A model generated the notes under the pieces. That model ran no database searches and was not told the DNA's origin. It saw nothing but the letters and a program-made list of their open reading frames with translations. A stretch of DNA of 32,000 bases, from the NCBI RefSeq assembly GCF_041906375.1, contig NZ_JAYRJJ010000009.1:12706-44705 (forward strand). The letters are read 5' to 3'. The stretch is from Dongia sp. Its GTDB lineage: Bacteria > Pseudomonadota > Alphaproteobacteria > Dongiales > Dongiaceae. Both the position numbers and the translations under genes were made by a program. Positions 9,776 to 18,310 of the stretch are shown piece by piece (the first letter of the stretch is position 1; each line of letters begins with the position of its first letter).

Positions 9776-10749
9776 TGACGGACGTCAACATCTTCGGCAC
9801 GCTGCCGGATGGGGACGAGGTTTTCGAGATTCGCCTGAGCGATGGCACCGTGTCGGCTTCCATCCTTACCTATGGCGCGCGCCTCAGCGATCTCGCCTTC
9901 GATGGCGGGAATGGACCCAAAAGTCGCGTGCTGGGTTTTGCGACATTGGCAGAATATCTGGCCGATCGGAGCTATGCCGGCAGCGTCGTCGGGCGCTATG
10001 CCAACCGCATCGCCGAGGGGCGCTTCGTCCTCGACGGCTGGTCCTTTCAACTGACCCGCAATGAGGGGCCGACGCATCTTCACGGTGGCGCCAGCGGCTT
10101 CAGCCACCGCAATTGGCGGATCGTCGATCGGGGCGTGCAGCATGTGACGTTGGAGCTGAGGTCGCCGGCAAACGACGAAGGCTATCCGGGCGCGCTCACC
10201 GCCCGCTGCACCTATCGCCTCGCGGAAACAGCCGCGCTGCGGATCGACTTCACGGCCACGACCGATGCGCCGACCATCATCAATCTGGCAACGCATAGCT
10301 ATTTCAATCTCGATGGCACGGCGGATATTCTTCGGCATCTTTTACTGATTCCGGCGGAATCCTATCTGCCTGTGGATGCAGGCATTGTGCCGACCGGAGA
10401 GATCGCCGCCGTTGCCGGCACGCCCTTCGATTTCCGCAGACCCCGCCCGGTCGGCAGCGGCGTGCATTACGACCACAATTTCGTCATCGACCGGCAGCGC
10501 GTGGCAACCCCGCGCCTGATGGCCCGCCTTGACGGGCCTGTGACCGGCACGCGGCTGGAAATCCATTCCACCGAACCCGGCCTGCAATTCTATGACGGTG
10601 CCGGTTTTCCAGGAGCGCCCCATGCCGGGCTTTGCCTGGAGCCGCAGATATTCCCGAATTCGCCCAACCAGCCGAGTTTCCCCGACGCCATCCTGCGGCC
10701 GGGCGAGACCTATCGGCAAGTAACGGATTATCGCTTCAGCCGCATCTAG
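9775..10749 (+). CDS. galM: Aldose 1-epimerase (galactose mutarotase)
   Basis: 'VGRYANRIAEGRF', 'NEGPTHLHGG..GFSHRNW', 'NLATHSYFNL' and 'LCLEPQ' are present. The ATG overlaps the dgoA stop (ATGA). The track shows a TTG one codon earlier (9772). Confidence 0.85.
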   Translation: MTDVNIFGTLPDGDEVFEIRLSDGTVSASILTYGARLSDLAFDGGNGPKSRVLGFATLAEYLADRSYAGSVVGRYANRIAEGRFVLDGWSFQLTRNEGPTHLHGGASGFSHRNWRIVDRGVQHVTLELRSPANDEGYPGALTARCTYRLAETAALRIDFTATTDAPTIINLATHSYFNLDGTADILRHLLLIPAESYLPVDAGIVPTGEIAAVAGTPFDFRRPRPVGSGVHYDHNFVIDRQRVATPRLMARLDGPVTGTRLEIHSTEPGLQFYDGAGFPGAPHAGLCLEPQIFPNSPNQPSFPDAILRPGETYRQVTDYRFSRI

Positions 10750-10757
10750 AGAGCGCT

Positions 10758-10782
10758 CCCTCTCCCCGCATGGGGGAGAGGG
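10758..10782. terminator. GC-rich hairpin between convergent galM and the dehydratase gene (bidirectional terminator or REP-like element)
   Basis: CCCTCTCCCC / GGGGAGAGGG form a perfect 10-bp stem around a 4-5 nt loop. There is no T-tract. Confidence 0.45.
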
Positions 10783-10799
10783 CCAAGTGGAATGCTGTC

Positions 10800-12629
10800 T
10801 CAGTGATTGTCGCGCGGCAGGCCCTTTTCCTGGGCGATGCGCTGGTACTTCACCGCCGGCTTCAGCACCATGCCCTGGTCGAGCTGGTCGACGATCCCGC
10901 GCTGGATCTCCTGCCAGGGTGTCTGGTGGGCGGGATATTTATAGCCACCGGCCGCCTCGAGCGCTGCGCGGCGGGTTTTGATTTCCGCTGCATCGACCAG
11001 CATGTTGACGGTGCCGGTCTTCAGATCGACTCGGACGCGGTCGCCGGTCTTGAGGAGGGCGAGGCCGCTGCCCACCGCCGCCTCGGGTGCGGCGTTAAGG
11101 ATGGAGGGCGAGCCAGACGTGCCGGACTGGCGCCCGTCACCAATGCAGGGCAATGACGGCACGCCCTGTTTGATGAGATAGGCAGGCGGGCGCATGTTGA
11201 CGACTTCGGCGGCACCGGGATAGCCGATCGGCCCCACGCCGCGAATGACCAGGATCGAATGCGCGTCGATGCCCAGCGACGGGTCGTCGATGCGGTGGTG
11301 ATAGTCCTCCGGCCCATCGAAGACGAAGGCCTTGCCCTCGAACGCTTCCGGGTCTTTGGGGTTGGAGAGAAAGCGCTGGCGGAATTCGTCCGAGATCACG
11401 CTGATCTTCATGATCGCGCTGTCGAAGATGTTGCCCTTCAAGGCGACGAAGCCCGCCTTCTGCATCACCGGATTTTCGAAGGTCTTGATGACCTTGTCGT
11501 CCTCAATGGTGGCATTGCGGCAATTGTCGCCGATAGTCTTGCCGTTGACGGTGAGCGCATCCTCGTCGATATGGCCGTGCTTCATCAGCTGCGCCACGAC
11601 CGCGGGCACGCCGCCGGCATGATGATAGTCCTCGCCCAGATATTCGCCGGCCGGCTGCATGTTCACCAGCAGCGGGATATCGCGCCCCAGATCCTGCCAT
11701 TCCTGCACGTCGAGCTCGACGCCCATATGCTTGGCGATGGCGTTGATGTGAATCGGCGCATTGGTCGAACCGCCGATCGCCGAATTGACACGGATGGCGT
11801 TGCGGAAAGCTTTCTTGGTGAGAATTTCAGAAGGCTTCAGATCCTCGCGCACCATGTCGACGATGCGCCGGCCAGTCTCATAGGCCATCTGCTGGCGCTC
11901 GCGATAAGGTGCCGGAATCGCCGCCGAACCGGGCAATTGCATGCCCAAAGCCTCGGCCAGCGAGTTCATCGTCGTCGCCGTGCCCATGGTGTTGCAATAG
12001 CCGGTCGACGGCGCGGAGCTCGCCACCAGTTCGATGAAGCCCTGATAGTCGATCTCCCCCGCCGCCAGGAGCTGGCGCGCCTTCCAGACGATGGTGCCCG
12101 AACCCGTGCGCTCGCCCTTGTGCCAGCCATTGAGCATCGGGCCGACCGAAAAGGCGATCGCCGGCAGGTTGACCGTGGCTGCCGCCATCAGGCAGGCCGG
12201 CGTGGTCTTGTCGCAGCCGATGGTGAGAATGACGCCGTCCAGCGGATAGCCGTAGAGAACTTCGACCAGGCCCAGATAAGCAAGGTTCCTGTCGAGCGAC
12301 GCGGTCGGGCGCTTGCCGGTTTCCTGGATGGGATGGACCGGGAATTCGATGGCGATGCCGCCGGCGGTGCGGATGCCGTCGCGCAGGCGTTCCGCGAGCA
12401 CGATATGATGCCGGTTGCAGGGCGAGAGGTCGGAACCGGTCTGGGCGATGCCGATGATGGGCTTGCCCGACTGCAGTTCCTCGCGCGTGAAGCCGTAATT
12501 GAGATAGCGCTCGAGATAGAGCGCCGTCATGTCGGCGTTTTCAGGATTGTCGAACCAGGCCCGGGAGCGCAGCTTGCGGCCGCTCGGATTGTGAGCGTGC
12601 CGGCTGGAATTGTGATCGGGGGATGGCAT
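10800..12629 (-). CDS. IlvD/Edd-family sugar-acid dehydratase (L-arabinonate / D-galactonate-type)
   Basis: 609 aa. Fe-S/Mg motifs '[11 protein letters not shown]', '[15 protein letters not shown]' and '[13 protein letters not shown]' are present. The N-terminus '[26 protein letters not shown]' resembles the rhizobial L-arabinonate dehydratase as I remember it. AAGGAG lies 9 nt upstream of the ATG. Confidence 0.85.
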   Translation of the reverse strand: MPSPDHNSSRHAHNPSGRKLRSRAWFDNPENADMTALYLERYLNYGFTREELQSGKPIIGIAQTGSDLSPCNRHHIVLAERLRDGIRTAGGIAIEFPVHPIQETGKRPTASLDRNLAYLGLVEVLYGYPLDGVILTIGCDKTTPACLMAAATVNLPAIAFSVGPMLNGWHKGERTGSGTIVWKARQLLAAGEIDYQGFIELVASSAPSTGYCNTMGTATTMNSLAEALGMQLPGSAAIPAPYRERQQMAYETGRRIVDMVREDLKPSEILTKKAFRNAIRVNSAIGGSTNAPIHINAIAKHMGVELDVQEWQDLGRDIPLLVNMQPAGEYLGEDYHHAGGVPAVVAQLMKHGHIDEDALTVNGKTIGDNCRNATIEDDKVIKTFENPVMQKAGFVALKGNIFDSAIMKISVISDEFRQRFLSNPKDPEAFEGKAFVFDGPEDYHHRIDDPSLGIDAHSILVIRGVGPIGYPGAAEVVNMRPPAYLIKQGVPSLPCIGDGRQSGTSGSPSILNAAPEAAVGSGLALLKTGDRVRVDLKTGTVNMLVDAAEIKTRRAALEAAGGYKYPAHQTPWQEIQRGIVDQLDQGMVLKPAVKYQRIAQEKGLPRDNH

Positions 12630-12861
12630 TGCGTGCTACTCCTTGGAAAGCCTGTCGAGTAATCGGTGCGCTCGGTACGCGAACGGCACCGTGAGCGATG
12701 GATGGTCTTGCCAGCGTCTTTCGTCGCATCCCGCCTTCGCACGCGCAGCATTGCCGGGGAACGTATCAGCGCGATACGGGGCCATGAAAGGCACGCGGGC
12801 GGATGGACTTTGCGCGTGGGCGCATATGCATCGCACAGCGCCGCCGGATTTGGAAGCTATA

Positions 12862-12872
12862 TTATCATACAA
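12862..12872. promoter_or_regulatory. Third copy of the operator-like 11-mer TTATCATACAA, upstream of the dehydratase gene
   Basis: Exact match to 2752-2762 and to the reverse complement of 2785-2795. Confidence 0.4.
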
Positions 12873-12909
12873 TATGCTGAAAGACCCGTGGCAGCGCTGC
12901 AAATTCCAT

Positions 12910-12955
12910 GCATTTGCAAATGGATGCGCATTCGCAAGACCTTGGGCATTCGCAA
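12910..12955. repeat. Three direct GCATTYGCAA decamers phased at exactly 18 bp
   Basis: GCATTTGCAA at 12910, GCATTCGCAA at 12928 and GCATTCGCAA at 12946. The first overlaps the perfect 12-bp palindrome CATTTGCAAATG (12911-12922). Confidence 0.7.
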
Positions 12956-12976
12956 ACGCGCGGGTGCCTGCGGATC

Positions 12977-13753
12977 TTACGCCGGCCCGGCGTCGCCCCC
13001 CTTGCTCAGCAGCGAGGCGCGGTTCTTGCGGCCTTCCTCGATGACTTGGGTCATGGCCGCGGCGGCCGCTGTCGCATCGCGCGCGGCGATTGCCTCGACG
13101 ATGGCGGCGTGATCCTCGGTCGAATGCGACAGGCGCCCCTGATCGGTGACTGGTGACGAATCGACAAAACTGGCCATCAGGGCCGCCTCGATGATGGCCC
13201 CCACCGAACGCATGAACGGATTGCCGGAAGCGGCGGCGATTTCGAGATGCAGCGCAAGGTCTACTTCCGCGAAGGTCGAGCGGGTATGGCCGGGCTGGCG
13301 GAATTCGTCGATGAGGGCGCGCATGCGCGCGAGCGAGTCGTCGCTGCGGCGCAGAGCGGCCAGCGCACTGGCCGCCGGTTCGACCGCCAGGCGAATCTCG
13401 TAGAGGCTGTTGAGGAACCGGAGATCCATGCCGAGATCGAGGCGCCACCCTAAGAGATCGGAATCGAACATATTCCAATCGACCTGGGCGCGCACCTTGG
13501 TACCGACGCGGGTCTTGGAGACCACCAGCCCCTTGGCCGCCAGCGTCTTCAGAACCTCGCGCAGAACCGTGCGGGAGATGCCGAACTGGGCCATCAGATC
13601 GCCTTCGGCCGGCAGCAGGGCACCTTCGGGATAATCGCCGCGCAGAATGGCGACGCCCATGGCGCGCACGATCTGCTCCTGACCCATGCGGGCGCCTGAC
13701 ATCCGTGTCGCGGTCGTCCGGATCGGCCGATATCTGTTCTGTGCGACGATCAT
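12977..13753 (-). CDS. GntR-family transcriptional regulator, FadR subfamily (FCD domain)
   Basis: 'LLPAEGDLMAQFGISRTVLREVLKTLAAKGLVVSKTRVGTKV' HTH region plus an FCD-like C-terminus. I trimmed the start to the ATG at 13751-13753 ('MIVAQNRY'), with GGGGAGCAAGGA upstream on the minus strand. Confidence 0.8.
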   Translation of the reverse strand: MIVAQNRYRPIRTTATRMSGARMGQEQIVRAMGVAILRGDYPEGALLPAEGDLMAQFGISRTVLREVLKTLAAKGLVVSKTRVGTKVRAQVDWNMFDSDLLGWRLDLGMDLRFLNSLYEIRLAVEPAASALAALRRSDDSLARMRALIDEFRQPGHTRSTFAEVDLALHLEIAAASGNPFMRSVGAIIEAALMASFVDSSPVTDQGRLSHSTEDHAAIVEAIAARDATAAAAAMTQVIEEGRKNRASLLSKGGDAGPA

Positions 13754-13868
13754 TCCTTGCTCCCCTCGCACCTGCAGCAAAAAAGCCGGCAGGCCGCCTA
13801 AATTCTAAGCAGTGGGACGAGAGCGAACAAGCGAGATGAATTTCGGCGGAATGAGACCGGCTGGAATG

Positions 13869-13899
13869 AAAAAAGGGCGCGCCCAGGGAATGCGCGCCC
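13869..13899 (-). terminator. Rho-independent terminator of the sugar-binding-protein gene
   Basis: GGGCGCGC (13875-13882) pairs with GCGCGCCC (13892-13899) around a 9-nt loop. On the minus strand the stem is followed by six T (A-run 13869-13874). It starts 14 nt after the stop at 13913. Confidence 0.7.
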
Positions 13900-13912
13900 T
13901 TTTCCATCTCAC

Positions 13913-14902
13913 TTACTTCTGAATGCAGGTGTCGACGGTGTCCTTGGTGCATTCATCGAGGCCGGTGAAGACCGGATCGTCGACCTTCTTGCCTTCGATC
14001 AGGTCAATCATGACCGACGGCGCCTTGTAACCCATTTCAAACGGACGCTGGCCGACAAGCGCGGTCACGAGACCTTCCTTGGCGATCGCCACTTCATCGC
14101 CGATCGTGTCGGCAGCCGAGATGACGAAATCGCCGCTGGCGATACGGTCCGCGAGCGGCTTGAACAGATCGCGATATGGCTGCGGCGCGCCGAAGAGCGG
14201 CCAGCCGCCTTCGATCGCAAACGCATCGAGCTTCGGGTTGGCGGCGAGGATGTCGGTCATTCCCTGCACGCCCTTGGCGCCGTCGTCATTGGTGAAGATC
14301 GGGCAGCCATCAACTTCGGTCCAGCCGCCTTCACCCTTCAACGCCGGCAGGCCCTTCTGGCCGCTCAGCGCATCGCGGGTGCCCTGCGCGCGGCGCAGGA
14401 TGTTGTCGGCGCCGGGATTGCCCTGGATCGAGCAGAAGGTGCCGCCATTGGGCTTCTTCTCCTTGATATATTCGCCGATGCGATAGCCCATCAGATAGTT
14501 GTCGGTACCGAGATAGGTCTTACGCAGGCCTGAATCCTCAGCCGCGAGATCGGCGTCGAGGGTCATGATCGGCACGGTGGCATTTGCGGTCTTGATCGTC
14601 TGGGCGATCAGCTTGGCATTCGATGGCGAGATCGCCATGGCGACCGTGTCCGGCTTGCCCAGCATATCCTGCACGATCTGCGCTTCACCCGCTTCATCGG
14701 AGGTCGACGCCGGACCAGTGTAGAAGCACTCATATTCGGAATCGGGGTTTTCCTTGTTCCATTTCTGGCAGCCTTGGTTGATCGCCTCGAAGAAGGGGTT
14801 GTCGAGCCCTTTGACGACGATGACCAACTGCTTTTTAGCCAGTGCCGGGCTGGCGCTCAAAGCCAGAGCGGCAACCGCGACGAGTACCGAAAGCTTATTC
14901 AT
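13913..14902 (-). CDS. Periplasmic sugar-binding protein of an ABC transporter (RbsB-like, PBP type I)
   Basis: Signal peptide 'MNKLSVLVAVAALALSASPALA' followed by 'KKQLVIVVKGLDNPFFEAINQG'. GGGAGGA lies upstream. Confidence 0.85.
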   Translation of the reverse strand: MNKLSVLVAVAALALSASPALAKKQLVIVVKGLDNPFFEAINQGCQKWNKENPDSEYECFYTGPASTSDEAGEAQIVQDMLGKPDTVAMAISPSNAKLIAQTIKTANATVPIMTLDADLAAEDSGLRKTYLGTDNYLMGYRIGEYIKEKKPNGGTFCSIQGNPGADNILRRAQGTRDALSGQKGLPALKGEGGWTEVDGCPIFTNDDGAKGVQGMTDILAANPKLDAFAIEGGWPLFGAPQPYRDLFKPLADRIASGDFVISAADTIGDEVAIAKEGLVTALVGQRPFEMGYKAPSVMIDLIEGKKVDDPVFTGLDECTKDTVDTCIQK

Positions 14903-15215
14903 TCCATTCCTCCCAAAAAACGGACGGCCATTGAAACAGGCGGGCGCTTAGCGCTTGTTGCACGAGACTGCATTCAGTCTTTCGACGCCGAAACAGAACC
15001 GGATGATTGCGCATCACGCTGGATGCCATCCGCCTGTCCGACGATTACACATGTCACAAGAATTGGTTCGGCAAAGCAGCCGTCATTCAGCCGGCTGGCG
15101 CGCATCCTCCCTTTCTTCCGACGCCGCCCGGACGTTTGCCGTCCGATGCCACCGCCAGAAATTTTTTCTTGTTCCGCGATTAGCTAATAACGATGGTTTG
15201 CAACCGTCAATCATT

Positions 15216-15248
15216 TTGTCGTACAAAATGAAATCTTTTGTACGACAA
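15216..15248. promoter_or_regulatory. Perfect 13-bp inverted repeat holding two FadR/GntR-consensus operators
   Basis: TTGTCGTACAAAA (15216-15228), a 7-nt spacer, then TTTTGTACGACAA (15236-15248). The core TTGTCGTACAA matches TnGTnnnACnA exactly. It sits in the divergent region between the binding-protein gene and the ATPase gene. Confidence 0.6.
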
Positions 15249-15444
15249 TATTAACGACTGAGGTGTTTGAGGTGTTTGCGGTGCAGCGGCCCCGACCATC
15301 AATCGACCATCAATTGACGTTCGGGATGCCCGCTGCATAGTGTTGTGAAGCTGCTTTGTGAGAAGTCGACACGTTCATTCGCACAAGCAAAAGCAAAGCC
15401 GCATCGCAGCAACACGAACCGCGAACTTAACAAGCCGGAGAAGA

Positions 15445-16221
15445 ATGCCGGCAGCTTGCTCTGGGAGGGGCGACAGTCGCGTGCCAGTTCTTGAATTGCA
15501 GAATATCTCGAAACATTTCGGCGCCATTCAGGCGGTGAATGATGTCTCGTTCTCGCTCGAGGCCGGCGAAGTCGTCGGCCTGATGGGTGACAACGGTGCG
15601 GGAAAATCGACGCTGGTGAAAATGATCGCCGGCAATTTCCGCCCGAGTCACGGCACCATGCGCATGGACGGCGCCGAGCTCGTCATGCATCGACCCGTGG
15701 AGGCGCGGCGCCACGGCATTGAAATCGTCCACCAGGATTTGGCGCTGTGCAACAACCTCACTGCGGCAGAGAACGTCTTCCTGGGCCGCGAGTTGCGGCG
15801 CGGCTTCGGGCCGTTCAGCCTGCTCGATTATCCGGCCATGTATAAGCGCGCGGCGCAGATCTTCACGGAATTGAAATCCGAGACCAGGCCGCGCGATCTG
15901 GTAAAGTCGATGTCCGGCGGCCAGCGCCAGGCCGTGGCCATCGCCCGCACGCGCCTGACCGATGCCAAGATCGTGCTGATGGACGAACCCACTGCCGCCA
16001 TCTCGGTGCGGCAGGTCGCCGAAGTGCTCAATCTCATCCGCCGCTTGCGCGACCACGGCATTGCCGTGGCCCTCATCAGCCATCGCATGCCGGACGTCTT
16101 TACGGTGGCTGACCGGGTCATCGTCATGCGACGCGGCCGCAAGGTCGCCGACAAGAAGATCGCCGCGAGTTCGCCGGAAGAAGTGACCGGCCTCATCACC
16201 GGCGCCATCGAAGCCGCCTGA
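15445..16221 (+). CDS. Sugar ABC transporter ATP-binding protein (single NBD)
   Basis: 'GDNGAGKST' Walker A, 'MSGGQRQ' signature and 'VLMDEPT' Walker B. I trimmed the start to the ATG at 15445, which follows GGAGAAG. The 29 extra codons in the track are basic and low-complexity. Confidence 0.85.
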   Translation: MPAACSGRGDSRVPVLELQNISKHFGAIQAVNDVSFSLEAGEVVGLMGDNGAGKSTLVKMIAGNFRPSHGTMRMDGAELVMHRPVEARRHGIEIVHQDLALCNNLTAAENVFLGRELRRGFGPFSLLDYPAMYKRAAQIFTELKSETRPRDLVKSMSGGQRQAVAIARTRLTDAKIVLMDEPTAAISVRQVAEVLNLIRRLRDHGIAVALISHRMPDVFTVADRVIVMRRGRKVADKKIAASSPEEVTGLITGAIEAA

Positions 16222-16234
16222 TCAGGAAACCCAA

Positions 16235-17278
16235 ATGACCAGCGCCGACATGCCCAGCACGAACGAGACCCAATCGAGTACCGACCGCACCATGGAGCAG
16301 CGCCTGGCGCTGAAACAGCACGGCAGGCTGACGGCACTCCTGGCCAACCAGACATTCTGGGTCTTCATCGCTGTCATTCTCGCTTGTCTTTATTTGTCTG
16401 TCAGCACCGACTCATTCGCGACAGCGAAGAATCTCTACAACATCACGCGTAACGTCACCTTCGTCGCCATCATCGCGCTGGGCATGACGATCGTCATCAT
16501 CTCGGGCGGCATCGATCTTTCCGTGGGATCGGTCCTGTGCCTGTGCAGCATGGTGCTGGCCGTGACGATGCATGCTGGCTACAGCATCGAAATCGGCATC
16601 GCCGCCGCCATCGGCACGGCATTGCTGGTCGGCGCCTTCAACGGCATCCTCATCGCCTATCTGGGCTTTCCACCCTTTGTCGTGACGCTGGGCATGCTGT
16701 CGGTCGCGCGCAGCCTGGCCATGGTGGCTTCCAACAATACGGTCGTGTTCGAATTCGGGCCCGATCACGACAAGCTGCTGGCCCTGGGTGGCGGCGCCTG
16801 GCTGTTCGGCATCGCCAATCCGGTGCTCTATATGCTCGTGCTGGCGCTCCTGACCGGCTTCGTGCTGCGCTGGACGCGGTTCGGCCGCCATGTCTTTGCC
16901 ATCGGCGGCAATGAGAAGGCCGCGACATTGACCGGCGTGCCGGTGAAACCGATCAAGGTCGCGGTCTACATGATTTCGGCGCTCTCGGCCGGCATCGCCG
17001 GGATTGTCCAGACCGGCTGGCTGGGTGCCGTCACCACCAATATCGGTGCCGGCATGGAATTGCAGGTCATTGCCGCGGCCGTCATCGGTGGTGCCGACCT
17101 CGCCGGCGGCGTCGGCACGGCGCTCGGCGCCCTCGTTGGCGCGGCACTCATCGAGGTCATCCGCAACAGCCTCGGCCTGCTCGGGATCAATGCCTTCTGG
17201 CAGGGCGCCTTCATCGGCGGCGCCATCATCCTGGCCGTTCTGTTCGACCGGGTCCGGAATTTCCGCCAGAGCGATTGA
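16235..17278 (+). CDS. Sugar ABC transporter permease (RbsC/XylH family)
   Basis: 347-aa polytopic protein with 'GGIDLSVGS' and 'VFAIGGNEKAATLTGV'. Confidence 0.85.
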   Translation: MTSADMPSTNETQSSTDRTMEQRLALKQHGRLTALLANQTFWVFIAVILACLYLSVSTDSFATAKNLYNITRNVTFVAIIALGMTIVIISGGIDLSVGSVLCLCSMVLAVTMHAGYSIEIGIAAAIGTALLVGAFNGILIAYLGFPPFVVTLGMLSVARSLAMVASNNTVVFEFGPDHDKLLALGGGAWLFGIANPVLYMLVLALLTGFVLRWTRFGRHVFAIGGNEKAATLTGVPVKPIKVAVYMISALSAGIAGIVQTGWLGAVTTNIGAGMELQVIAAAVIGGADLAGGVGTALGALVGAALIEVIRNSLGLLGINAFWQGAFIGGAIILAVLFDRVRNFRQSD

Positions 17279-17309
17279 TCGTAGCGATTGATCGCAGCGA
17301 TTAATCGTC
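17271..17309. repeat. 13-bp x3 tandem repeat straddling the permease stop codon
   Basis: GCGATTGATCGTA / GCGATTGATCGCA / GCGATTAATCGTC, read directly. Confidence 0.85.
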
Positions 17310-17520
17310 CGGCAGCGCTACTTTCAACGAACGGGGCGGCGCTGCGCTTCGGCCGCTCCGCCATGCTCGGTCGAGTCCTCGGACTTGAATGACTTTGTCG
17401 CCCGGGCAATCTCGGCCATGGCGAAGACACTGGTCGCGGCCACGCCAATACGGGCAGTCGGATTGCTTTTGGCGATCCTCGCGTTGATAGTGGAGCGGGT
17501 CACCACAAGACCGAGGATCG

Positions 17521-18096
17521 ATGACAAAGCTGGTCCTGCCGATCGACAACTATGTGCCGAGCACCGCGGCGGTGGACCCGATCTTGCTGTGGCGGGATAC
17601 GCCTGACTTCGCCGACTTCCTGGCGCGGCCCGACAGCGCCGAATTCGTATCGCTCCTCGACTATTGGGACGACAAGCGCGGGGGGACCCCGGCACCCTTG
17701 CGCTCGGCCATCAACCCGGCCGATCTCTCAAGGCTGCTGCCCGGCATTTTCATCATGGAGGTCATCGACGGCCCCCCGCTTGATTTCCGCTTCCGCCTGG
17801 TCGGCACCAACATCATCGGCGGCCTGCGCGCGAATTTTACCGGCAAGACACTGCGCGAGGTTTTCCCGCTTGATGGCATGTTCGCCATAATCTGGAAGCA
17901 ATACCGCGCCGCGATCCAAGGCGACGTCGTCCTGCGGGTCGGCGTCGACGGTTTTGAAGACCATCACTACCGGTTTCGCGTGCCGATCAGCGTCATCCTC
18001 CTGCCGCTGCGCACCGCCCCCGACAGCCCCCGCATCGGCCAGCTGCTGGGCTATGTGAAGTACTACAAGGAAAAGATGGAACGGGTGGATTTCTGA
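17521..18096 (+). CDS. Small PAS-domain protein (PAS_5 / DUF1457-like, common in Rhizobiales)
   Basis: 191 aa. 'LLDYWDDKRGGTPAPLRSAINPADLSRLLPGIFIMEV...FRFRLVGTNI' resembles the stand-alone PAS_5 family as I remember it. This is the last GC-rich gene before the island. Confidence 0.6.
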   Translation: MTKLVLPIDNYVPSTAAVDPILLWRDTPDFADFLARPDSAEFVSLLDYWDDKRGGTPAPLRSAINPADLSRLLPGIFIMEVIDGPPLDFRFRLVGTNIIGGLRANFTGKTLREVFPLDGMFAIIWKQYRAAIQGDVVLRVGVDGFEDHHYRFRVPISVILLPLRTAPDSPRIGQLLGYVKYYKEKMERVDF

Positions 18097-18310
18097 GCCT
18101 GGCGCGCCCAACACACAACTCTAAAACGTCCCTACGAACCCGATCGGCTCGACAAAGAATCAATGAGTTAGATCGATCGTAGCTCATTAGCGCCCCGATC
18201 GGTAGGTCGCTATTCTGCCGAATGGCTCAAGCAAAAGTCACTATTGGCACGAATGTTGACAGGAGCCAACCCGTGCCCCCTGGAAATGCAGAACCCGGCA
18301 CATTTCCTGG

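Noticed and set aside
11259-13952. Very long ORFs antisense or out of frame to annotated genes in the GC-rich half. Examples are 11259..12662 (+, 467 aa), 12636..13952 (-, 438 aa), 7118..8020 (-, 300 aa), 8851..9642 (-, 263 aa), 5885..6544 (-) and 4780..5430 (-).
   Set aside because: Their translations are Arg/Ala/Gly/Pro/His-rich low-complexity strings with no family motifs. They overlap genes with clear homology on the other strand or frame. This is the expected stop-codon-poor artefact of high-GC DNA.
4189-17309. Short tandem repeats and the 18-bp-phased decamers as a possible miniature CRISPR array.
   Set aside because: The units are 9-15 bp with no spacers, or with 8-bp gaps in the case of the phased decamers, and have only 2-3 copies. 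There are no cas genes. This is incompatible with CRISPR repeat-spacer architecture.
17301-17606. Small ORFs between the permease and the PAS gene (17301..17549 minus, 17385..17606 plus).
   Set aside because: They overlap each other and the PAS gene start, and they have no SD sequence or family resemblance. The plus-strand one has a hydrophobic stretch, but that is insufficient evidence.
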